From the IMG/VR virus record IMGVR_UViG_3300045825_000547: a DNA stretch of 55,116 nt. The stretch is one strand, 5' to 3'. Origin of the DNA: an uncultured virus (IMG/VR IMGVR_UViG_3300045825_000547) (taxonomy: Duplodnaviria > Heunggongvirae > Uroviricota > Caudoviricetes). Positions 18,589-26,433 of the stretch are shown here, piece by piece. The position numbers were made by a program, and so were the translations under genes. Within the stretch, counting starts at the first letter, position 1. Each line of letters starts with the position of its first letter. The notes under the pieces were generated by a model, which made no database searches, was not told the DNA's origin, and saw only the letters and a program-made list of their open reading frames with translations.

Positions 18589-19021
18589 TGTTTGGTATTA
18601 CGATAAGGAACTATGCGCATTTACTATGGTTCCTAGCACCGAAATGGGAAGGTCTGGAACGAGATCCCGAAACAGCCTATACATGATTACGGCGTTTCCT
18701 CACCCAGAAGAAAAGCGTTTTATGTTTGACCACATCGGTAGCTATTCAGTTCTTCCTTCGTTCTATGGGTATAACGCAAGCCGATGCAAACCTGTACCGA
18801 TCCATCTGGCTGAACGATTAACCGAATGTGCTGTAGGGTATGACTATAAAATGTATCTGAAATACGACTCATTAGAAGGTTGTGGCGTAAATTACAGCGT
18901 TAGCCCAGGAGAGATAAATCCATTTCTTTATGATCTGGTACAGATAGAAGTGAAGAAGCATTACCAAGAGGAAATGAAACCAAGAAAGAAGGAGAACAAA
19001 CACAGCTATGGATATAAATGA
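18572..19021 (+). CDS. 'VW-family' protein (array member 17)
   Basis: QPPDVWYY ... VPIHLAERL. Confidence 0.8.
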   Translation: MKQPPDVWYYDKELCAFTMVPSTEMGRSGTRSRNSLYMITAFPHPEEKRFMFDHIGSYSVLPSFYGYNASRCKPVPIHLAERLTECAVGYDYKMYLKYDSLEGCGVNYSVSPGEINPFLYDLVQIEVKKHYQEEMKPRKKENKHSYGYK

Positions 19022-19367
19022 ATTAATAGACGGCCTTTGGTATACCGTGGGAAGTAACCCCTGGCGATGGGATCCTGCCTTCCTATACATCAAACAGGTC
19101 CCTGAGCAGGAATACATGAGTGTGTTCTTTTTCCTAACCGGGAGTGACTGTATCTATTCACTAGACGGAAACGAATCTATCAATAAAATGATTGATGTGT
19201 TCGTTGCTCCGTTTGCTGAGGCCGAGCTATGTCATAAATTAGCTAAACCTGATAGGCTATTCCCAAAGCATTGGCTACCCCATGAAGGGGAAAAGGAGAT
19301 GGAAGATCTACATAAGCTGAGAGGCTTATTCGAGGAGAGGAAAGCTAAAGCTTTGGCGGGAGGGTAA
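19008..19367 (+). CDS. 'VW-family' protein (array member 18)
   Basis: LIDGLWYT ... VAPFAEAELC. Confidence 0.8.
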   Translation: MDINELIDGLWYTVGSNPWRWDPAFLYIKQVPEQEYMSVFFFLTGSDCIYSLDGNESINKMIDVFVAPFAEAELCHKLAKPDRLFPKHWLPHEGEKEMEDLHKLRGLFEERKAKALAGG

Positions 19368-19420
19368 GGGGGGGAAAAACGGGTTAATATTTATGTATAT
19401 ACGCCGTTTTAAGGAGATTA

Positions 19421-19804
19421 TTGCTTGTGAGTAGAATAGCTTGGTATTTAGAAAAAAGTGCTGGGGCTGCTGGAGATTTGGGAGCAGCTGCTAATAGATT
19501 TAGCGAACATATAAGAGGGACAGGGAAAGCTAATGTGCCTAGCACCTACGGAGGACATAGCAGTGCAAAGAGCATAGGTGATGGTATGGGGTATATCCAT
19601 GCAGATAACAGCGTGACTTATGGTTCTCCACATGTAATGGCTACTAACCCTAGATTCCTGGAAGCACAAAAAACATTTAACCCTAAAAATAAAGAACAAG
19701 CTTTGGGTGCGGGGTTATCTGATGCCGCAGACCGCGTAATAGGTGCACCTAGAAAAATGCTAAAGAATGTCAATTTTGGAAGAAACCCGTTCAGCGGAGT
19801 ATAA
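19421..19804 (+). CDS. Small Gly/Ala-rich protein with 'RIAWYLEKSA' leader (putative head-internal protein)
   Basis: AAGGAG SD, TTG (or GTG 19427) start; leader matches 34354-34722. Confidence 0.65.
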   Translation: MLVSRIAWYLEKSAGAAGDLGAAANRFSEHIRGTGKANVPSTYGGHSSAKSIGDGMGYIHADNSVTYGSPHVMATNPRFLEAQKTFNPKNKEQALGAGLSDAADRVIGAPRKMLKNVNFGRNPFSGV

Positions 19805-19839
19805 CTTTATTCCCTAGCTCCTATATTTATATACAACAA

Positions 19840-19875
19840 AAAGACCCCCACTTCTGGAGGTCTTTCTTTTTAGCT
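19840..19875 (+). terminator. Intrinsic terminator
   Basis: AAAGACC-c-CCA[cttc]TGG-a-GGTCTTT then CTTTTTAGCT. Confidence 0.7.
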
Positions 19876-19880
19876 CCTTG

Positions 19881-19915
19881 TTAATCTCGCCCCAATTCTT
19901 GGCATAAGATTATAG
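19881..19915 (+). promoter_or_regulatory. Putative phage early promoter, copy 4
   Basis: TTAA-N15-TGGCATAAGATTATAGG. Confidence 0.6.
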
Positions 19916-19944
19916 GAAGGAATATAAGGTTCGGAGGAACTATT

Positions 19945-20055
19945 ATGATGTCTTATCAACTGGTTACAACCTATGGACCCTTTTGGGGAACCGTGGGGTA
20001 TTTACTTGTTACTGCGGTATGGGTAGCTCTATCTCTCTATATCTGGGGCAAATAA
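19945..20055 (+). CDS. 36-aa single-pass membrane microprotein (not in ORF track)
   Basis: GGAGG SD; MMSYQLVTTYGPFWGTVGYLLVTAVWVALSLYIWGK*; own promoter copy upstream. Confidence 0.65.
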   Translation: MMSYQLVTTYGPFWGTVGYLLVTAVWVALSLYIWGK

Positions 20056-20079
20056 AGAAAACAAAGGAAAAACAAAATC

Positions 20080-21336
20080 TTAGGGTTTTTCTTTTTTAGC
20101 TTTCTCAAATCTGCTGTAGTCTCCTGGAGGTCTTGCATCCAATCTAGCTCTAGCCTCTTGCTTATAAATATTCCAGTTAAAACGCGGTCTTTTGGCTAGT
20201 CTATTCCTAGTTTCTCTCTTATAAGTATTCACGTCAAACTCTTCAGTCTTAGCATTCGCTCTTATGGTAGCGTCTCTGCCTTGGAAATTTCTCCTCTTAG
20301 CTTCATTCCAAACTTCTTTTAATTGATCACCAACATTTGATTTAACCCAGGTTTTAGCCGTCGGTATTATTTGTTTAATCTCTTGTTTTTTCTTTGCCGC
20401 TAAGTTCTTAACATTCCCAGCAATATTTGCTAAGTCACTGGTTTCTCCTACTAAAGGGTTAATGATATTAGTATGTGCCCATATACGGGCCTTACTTAGT
20501 TTATGCCCTTCCTTACCCGATGCATAAGCAGCCACTACTGGGTTATACAGAGTTTTATTATTAATTGCATCTTGTATTTTATTTATTAATGGGTGTTTTT
20601 TAATATCAAATGTAATGCCTGCACCCCGCTTTATAACATTAACCGCCGCAGTGACGGGCTCTTTGTAAGCAAGAGCGGCAGTAGCACCAGCTTCTGCAGC
20701 ATACCCTGTCGCGTTTCTTAATTTCTGGCGAAGAGGTGACACCGCAACTGGTAATTGTTTTGCTTTAGGTTTTTCTACCAAGCGGTTAAGTACTTTACCA
20801 ATTGTGGAATTTTTAAATTTATCTGCAACCTTTGGGTCATACAGATGGTTTATCTGAGGATATGACGAGTGCAAGGCTTCGTGTATGTAATCTACGTCTT
20901 TATGCACCGCTTTGATTTTATCTGCTGCAGCAGCAGACCCGGTAACCACGGCATGTGCGTAGTCATAATGGTGTTGCGGCAGATTACTATCCCACCCTAG
21001 CCCAGATTTATCCAAATGTGCTTTCAGCTTTTTACCTAAATCATTAGCCTGGGCATGGAGGATACCCACCTCTGGGCTAATAACCCTTTTCACCCCTAAA
21101 GCTACTTGATGTTTAACGGGGAAATCTTGGTGTCCTTGTACTCCCGCTAAAAAACTATTGTGGTACATATTAAGCTGGCTCTCGCTGTGCATAATCTTTT
21201 TACTGATCTGGTTCTGCACTAGATGTCCCGCAGCCCCATGGGCAACCATAGTCCCCGAGGTAGAAAGTGCAGGGACTAACCAATTAGCCTCTTTGCTTAA
21301 AGACTTATCAAGATATATATGTGTTCGATTGTTCAT
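20080..21336 (-). CDS. Basic His/Lys-rich putative head-internal protein with KxA leader
   Basis: MNNRTHIYLDKSLSKEA N-terminus; downstream of the baseplate genes on the same strand. Confidence 0.65.
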   Translation of the reverse strand: MNNRTHIYLDKSLSKEANWLVPALSTSGTMVAHGAAGHLVQNQISKKIMHSESQLNMYHNSFLAGVQGHQDFPVKHQVALGVKRVISPEVGILHAQANDLGKKLKAHLDKSGLGWDSNLPQHHYDYAHAVVTGSAAAADKIKAVHKDVDYIHEALHSSYPQINHLYDPKVADKFKNSTIGKVLNRLVEKPKAKQLPVAVSPLRQKLRNATGYAAEAGATAALAYKEPVTAAVNVIKRGAGITFDIKKHPLINKIQDAINNKTLYNPVVAAYASGKEGHKLSKARIWAHTNIINPLVGETSDLANIAGNVKNLAAKKKQEIKQIIPTAKTWVKSNVGDQLKEVWNEAKRRNFQGRDATIRANAKTEEFDVNTYKRETRNRLAKRPRFNWNIYKQEARARLDARPPGDYSRFEKAKKEKP

Positions 21337-21366
21337 TGGTTGGATACCGTAGCTATTAATATGTTA

Positions 21367-22470
21367 TTAGGTTTTGTTTGAGAAAGGTCCCTTCTTACTA
21401 GCAGTGTAGGATAACCCAAATGCACCACCACTATTAAATAGACTTTTATTCCCTCTATTTCCGGTTTCCCCTGCAATCTGTTTAGTAGACCAATGCCCCA
21501 TCGGATCTTGCAAATTGGCAACGGTATGAATATCCAGACCCATTTTCCCATATCTCTCTGCAGCGTCATGGACACCATGATCAGCCCAGTGCTTAGCAAA
21601 TGCTCTACCGGCACCAGTTTGCTCATTGATCTTTTGTTGTTTATCTGTGATTGTCTTTTTAAAGTTTGCTATGTTCTCATCAGCCTTAGCGTGGCCTACA
21701 GTATTTCTGTATTGCTCCACTTTACCTAGATTAGGTGCCACATATTTAGATGCCCAGTCACTTGCATGAGCTATAGTCCCTTTAGCAATATTCCCTACAG
21801 TTTCCATAGCATTACCTCCTGACCTAGTTAGAAGTCCTTTTCTCTCATTCATTAAGTGTTCTGCTATATGCGCAGCACCGTCAGTAGGGTGGGTAAACTT
21901 CTCTATACTCTTTAACTCACTATCATGTGTACTATGAAGAGCTGCTGATGCTTTCCCTTTAGCAATGTTGCCATGAAGCGCAACTTCTCTCCCCACTCTG
22001 TTTCCAAGCATGTTTCCGCCTAACGCCCCAACGGCACCAAAACCTAATGCTCCTCCCACTCCTTGTCCATCATTACGTGCAGACCCATAGGCAGCCGCAC
22101 CACCAACTAATCCACCTCCATATCTATAGAGGGTAGATGATGCGGCCGGAAGCGGGGAACGGGTTACTATCTTGTCAACACCTCCCATATGGAGATGGTT
22201 TCCCCAGCTTATCGGAAGCCCTGCAGCCTTTTCCATTATGTAGTATTTTAGGTCTTCTTCTTGACCATCAGTGATATGCGAAAGAAGATCATCCCCTGAT
22301 GCTTTCTTAGCTGGCATTTTTGGTAGGGCTGCCACCCCTTGATTTATATTTCCCATTGGATTTTTACTCGCTTCTCCTAATTTTCTTACTGTCTGGTTTG
22401 CTACGTTAGGTGCCCCCAGTGATTTCTTCGCTAGGGAGTTGCCACTCGGGGCTATGTGTATCTTTTCCAT
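21367..22470 (-). CDS. Gly-zipper putative virion internal/ejection protein
   Basis: GGAGG SD; KKAS and YYIMEKAAG motifs; GGGLVGGAAAYG...GALGFGAVGALGG. Confidence 0.65.
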   Translation of the reverse strand: MEKIHIAPSGNSLAKKSLGAPNVANQTVRKLGEASKNPMGNINQGVAALPKMPAKKASGDDLLSHITDGQEEDLKYYIMEKAAGLPISWGNHLHMGGVDKIVTRSPLPAASSTLYRYGGGLVGGAAAYGSARNDGQGVGGALGFGAVGALGGNMLGNRVGREVALHGNIAKGKASAALHSTHDSELKSIEKFTHPTDGAAHIAEHLMNERKGLLTRSGGNAMETVGNIAKGTIAHASDWASKYVAPNLGKVEQYRNTVGHAKADENIANFKKTITDKQQKINEQTGAGRAFAKHWADHGVHDAAERYGKMGLDIHTVANLQDPMGHWSTKQIAGETGNRGNKSLFNSGGAFGLSYTASKKGPFSNKT

Positions 22471-22505
22471 ATTCTTTTCTCCTCCACCAACCTATGCAAT
22501 AACTA

Positions 22506-24299
22506 TTAGGTTATATACACAAACTGCCAGTCTCCTTTTATAAATTGTACGTTCCTATTAGTAATACCAAGAACTGAATTAAGCACTGGACGAACAAACT
22601 CACCACTAACTAAAGGAATTTCTTCCCCACCTGGCATTATCTGTGTCCCTCTCATATCTAAGCTCACGATAGCTTTAGCATTACTAACCACTTGGTAGAC
22701 TATCTCCATTATCTTGCTCCTTACTACCTGCCCCCCCGCAGTGAACATGTAGTTCTGGATAGCTGCGTTAAGTGAGTCATTAGTTCCAGTAAAGGCGGCA
22801 GCAGACGGCTCAAGAGCAATTTGGATAATTCCATCAACAAACACAGGGAACATGGTCTTAGCTAAGGTGTTAGAGTCCAACACTCTCTCTAAGTCTGCGT
22901 CCATCTCTTGTTGCACCGCTCTCACTATTGGACTACATACCACCTCTGCACTTATCGTTGTTCCTACTAACCCAGGGTTAACGAATAACTTAGTAGGGTC
23001 TTTGCCTGAGAACCTAAGAGACGATGAGTTAGGTTGGATATCAAAGTCAAAGAACAACACAGGTGCTGATTGCTCATCTACTATGTTATTCACTCTAAGC
23101 ACAGGCCCTATGTCATTAGGGAAACTTATAAAGCCTTGGTCTATCGGGTTAACAAACAACTTAACTGTTCTTGTCTCCGTAGGTGCTTTCAAGTACACAT
23201 CTGTCATGCTGCCTAAATGGATAAGTGCTTGTCCGCCTATCTCTTCTTCCCAGAACCCTATGTTTGCCCTGCTACCTAAGAACCCAACCACGGGGGTAGA
23301 GAACTGGGCAGTCATTTGCTCGTCTTGCACAAAGCCTAACGGATTCTCCACACTAGCTAATTCCACGTCTACTAGGAATGAGTAGTTATTAAGGATAGTG
23401 TTATGAAGCCAAGCAGGGGAAGACGCATTCACACTCATGGCTTGGCTAGGAACATATATAAGATCAGGACGACCTTTGTATAGGAATCTTGTAGTAGCGG
23501 GAACAATATTAACTACCGTGGGCGAAGCAAACACTAATCTGATTTGGTACTTAGGGATCTTAGTAATAACTAAGTCTCTCACCATTTCCGGCTCCCCCAT
23601 TCCCACATTAAGCACTTCGTTGAAAGAGCCTGGGAACTGTTGAAGCAAGAAAGCCTTTATGCTTCTATCGTTAATAAGGTTCCTCACACTTATCTGATGA
23701 CGACCCCTAGTATAGGCATCTATGTTAGACTCACTATTTCCTCCACCAGTCGCAAAGCTTACTAACGCTGCAGTAGCGCCAGGCGCAACATCAGTTGGTG
23801 CACTAACTCCTTCATACACATCATTCACTTCCCCAATAGTAGTTGAACGACAACTAACCAATATTGAATACTTATCTTTATATGGTGGGCTAGTCTCTTT
23901 AAAGTAGGAAGCAGGTGATACCTCTTGATCACTTATTGTGTAGAATGTGGTAGAGCCTATGATGAAAGGGGTGGATTGGTTTATCTTAAATGCTCTATCT
24001 GCTGTCTCAAATATGTACTTCACTGTTATAGTTTTGTAGCTACCTAAATTCCTATCTATGAAGTAGTTAGCAAGGAGCTCATCATATGCAGCAGTGGTAG
24101 TAGATGTGAAGAGCAAACTTCTGTTCTGCTTCACTTCAGCCTTAATAGCTATCATCTCTGGTATCTTATATAGCTTGGCAGTTCTCACGGTTATGTCATA
24201 TAATGGGTCGTTCTCTGCCAAAGCAAAATCAGGATGATAGAACTTCATCACTTCTTTGTAGAAGGTTTCCGCTTTGTTTAAGTCTACTTGGTTAACCAT
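22506..24299 (-). CDS. Baseplate J-like wedge protein
   Basis: ATGGGNSESNIDAYTR resembles the baseplate-J GGxxxEsD motif; adjacent to gp25-like gene. Confidence 0.65.
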   Translation of the reverse strand: MVNQVDLNKAETFYKEVMKFYHPDFALAENDPLYDITVRTAKLYKIPEMIAIKAEVKQNRSLLFTSTTTAAYDELLANYFIDRNLGSYKTITVKYIFETADRAFKINQSTPFIIGSTTFYTISDQEVSPASYFKETSPPYKDKYSILVSCRSTTIGEVNDVYEGVSAPTDVAPGATAALVSFATGGGNSESNIDAYTRGRHQISVRNLINDRSIKAFLLQQFPGSFNEVLNVGMGEPEMVRDLVITKIPKYQIRLVFASPTVVNIVPATTRFLYKGRPDLIYVPSQAMSVNASSPAWLHNTILNNYSFLVDVELASVENPLGFVQDEQMTAQFSTPVVGFLGSRANIGFWEEEIGGQALIHLGSMTDVYLKAPTETRTVKLFVNPIDQGFISFPNDIGPVLRVNNIVDEQSAPVLFFDFDIQPNSSSLRFSGKDPTKLFVNPGLVGTTISAEVVCSPIVRAVQQEMDADLERVLDSNTLAKTMFPVFVDGIIQIALEPSAAAFTGTNDSLNAAIQNYMFTAGGQVVRSKIMEIVYQVVSNAKAIVSLDMRGTQIMPGGEEIPLVSGEFVRPVLNSVLGITNRNVQFIKGDWQFVYIT

Positions 24300-24322
24300 T
24301 TATTATTCCTCGGGTATGTGAG

Positions 24323-24757
24323 CTATACAACGACGTAGGCTGTGGTACCTGCTTCGGTGGTGAGTTGTGCTCTAATTGTCACACCATTAATCTCATCAAT
24401 CTCTATATTTAAAATCTCTGCTTTCTTTAATTTCTCTATAGCTGGTAGGTCTTTCTCTTGATTCTGGATAGCTATGAACCTACTTTGCAGAGCCGCTAGC
24501 TCATCGGTGATAAGAACTAACACAAAATCTTTAGTATATTGTGACACAATAGGTGCTGCAATGAGAAGCCTAAAGTTGCTACCAATTCCAGTTTTCTCAT
24601 CATATTTACTTAATAGATTGAATAGGTATGAGTTAGCTAATTTAGTTGCACCAGAGCAATAGCTTATCACCCTTACTGTAGGGTAGGTAAATAAGAAAGT
24701 ACCTGGGCTGGTACTTGTGCTTATGTCTTCTAGTTTTGTTAAGTTTAATCCAATCAT
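24323..24757 (-). CDS. gp25/GpW-like baseplate wedge (sheath initiator)
   Basis: 144 aa; NLLS...GIGSNFRLLI; C-terminal beta hairpin; position upstream of J-like gene. Confidence 0.5.
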   Translation of the reverse strand: MIGLNLTKLEDISTSTSPGTFLFTYPTVRVISYCSGATKLANSYLFNLLSKYDEKTGIGSNFRLLIAAPIVSQYTKDFVLVLITDELAALQSRFIAIQNQEKDLPAIEKLKKAEILNIEIDEINGVTIRAQLTTEAGTTAYVVV

Positions 24758-25065
24758 TTCTGGCTTGCCTTAGCTAGTGCTACTTCTATACTAGTTAGGT
24801 ACTCTGCCCTTCCCTTTAGATCATTCTCTGCAAAAGCATAATAATCTTTTGGTGAAGCAGTTCTCATTAAGTGACTTCTCTGAATGCCTAGGAAATACTC
24901 CTTAGCCGCTATAGTATTGGGTGATGGGTGTTTCTTGGTATCTATATTATTGGTTAGGTCTTTCCCGTCATAGTCCTTTACACTATCGTAAAACGGTGCT
25001 ATTCTGTTCTTAGCAAGATCCTCGTAGTATAATTTTAAATTAGAGATTAAATCTGAGAAAACCAT
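24754..25065 (-). CDS. Hypothetical structural-region protein
   Basis: GAGGA SD before ATG 25065 (shorter than ORF-track call); coupled to the gp25-like gene. Confidence 0.6.
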   Translation of the reverse strand: MVFSDLISNLKLYYEDLAKNRIAPFYDSVKDYDGKDLTNNIDTKKHPSPNTIAAKEYFLGIQRSHLMRTASPKDYYAFAENDLKGRAEYLTSIEVALAKASQK

Positions 25066-25090
25066 GAATAATTCCTCATCAGGCATACAT

Positions 25091-26215
25091 ATGAATTTTA
25101 CCACGTCACAGCCCTTAGCGTCTGTAATGGCGGTAGATCCATTAAGGCGGATTGCTCTCATAGTGACCCAAGACGGGAAAAACGAATGGCTCCCTTTTGC
25201 TGGAACTGGTAGTGGGATGCAAGGCGAGGGAGACTTTTCTTTAGCTCCTTCCGGAAAAGGATGGAGAGCTATAGTAGAGAATCGTCAAGGAGGCTTAGGT
25301 GTTATAACAGCTTTTGTTGACCCTGGTTCCTTCTATGCAGATGAAGAACAACTCTCTGCCTCCACAGAATCTGGTGGAAAGACTACAGACCCTTACGACT
25401 CAATCACTGCATCAACCAACACCTATAGAGCATTCACCGTTGACCAAGATAACATAAAGAAGAACTTCCGTAACAATAAGTTCTTTGATACTATATCAGG
25501 GGACCATGGCTATAGAGGGATAGATGGGAATATGCATGGTGTGTTAAGGGGTGGCATTAATATCAGTGCTGTTAGTAGACTCAATCAGATTATCCAATTC
25601 CTGGAAGATGATTTGCTTCGCCTAGTTAATAGGAACTATGAGCACTTCACTGACTGGGGAGTGATCTCTATAAAGAATGACAAAGGAAAGACCACATTAT
25701 CCGTTAAGGCTAACAGTGGCGATAATAGCGATTTTGATACTCGCAAGGAGACCTATGAGTTCGAGATGGAACTGGGACATGCTAATAATGTTAAGGAAGA
25801 TAGCTTATTCTTCACGCTCATCTACAAGACCAAAGGAGGCAACGAAAAGCTCCAAATCACCATTGATAGGAAAGGTGAAGTTATTATCCTCGCACCTACC
25901 AACATCATGGTTGACGTGGCTGAGAACTATGGGAACTCAGTTGGTAAGAAATATACCGTTAAAGCTGGGAAAGAGATTGACCTCACAGTAGGAAGTCAAA
26001 GAATCATCATAGATGGTGGACAGATACTTGGAGGAACTAGTGGAGAGCAAACCCTAGTCCAAGGCCCCCATCTAGATAAGTACAATGCGCTTGTGCTGGA
26101 TTGTGCTAAAGCTCTTCTCCCGCTAATTGCTGTGGGCGCTGACCCAGGAGCTGTGTTTGATATCCCCCTTCAACGAGATGATGAAAATGTAACACAGGAT
26201 GTGAAACTATCATGA
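25091..26215 (+). CDS. Baseplate spike (gp5/gpV-like) candidate
   Basis: N-terminal V-x-A-V-D...W OB-fold-like pattern, beta-rich C-terminal repeats; start may be 25064 or 25091. Confidence 0.5.
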   Translation: MNFTTSQPLASVMAVDPLRRIALIVTQDGKNEWLPFAGTGSGMQGEGDFSLAPSGKGWRAIVENRQGGLGVITAFVDPGSFYADEEQLSASTESGGKTTDPYDSITASTNTYRAFTVDQDNIKKNFRNNKFFDTISGDHGYRGIDGNMHGVLRGGINISAVSRLNQIIQFLEDDLLRLVNRNYEHFTDWGVISIKNDKGKTTLSVKANSGDNSDFDTRKETYEFEMELGHANNVKEDSLFFTLIYKTKGGNEKLQITIDRKGEVIILAPTNIMVDVAENYGNSVGKKYTVKAGKEIDLTVGSQRIIIDGGQILGGTSGEQTLVQGPHLDKYNALVLDCAKALLPLIAVGADPGAVFDIPLQRDDENVTQDVKLS

Positions 26216-26433
26216 CAAGAAACTTAAATATAAATATATTAGTAGCTAAAGCTGAAGAAGCCTATGTAGCACAAGTACAAGCAGTGCATGATGCTAATCC
26301 AATACCACCCGCTTTCACTGGCGTTAGCTACCCAACCGCAGCTATGCCGCTAATGCATAAGGAAGCTTTTAAAGCTTTTGCTATTGAGTTAAACACTCAG
26401 CTTAGGGCGTTAGGAGTGTTGGTAGATGACTAA
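26212..26433 (+). CDS. Small hypothetical protein after spike
   Basis: ATGA overlap; 73 aa. Confidence 0.65.
   Translation: MTRNLNINILVAKAEEAYVAQVQAVHDANPIPPAFTGVSYPTAAMPLMHKEAFKAFAIELNTQLRALGVLVDD

Noticed and set aside
12229..19367. Integron array or diversity-generating retroelement behind the paralog array
   Set aside because: Genes overlap with no attC-like spacers; no integrase, reverse transcriptase or TR/VR pair seen in the window
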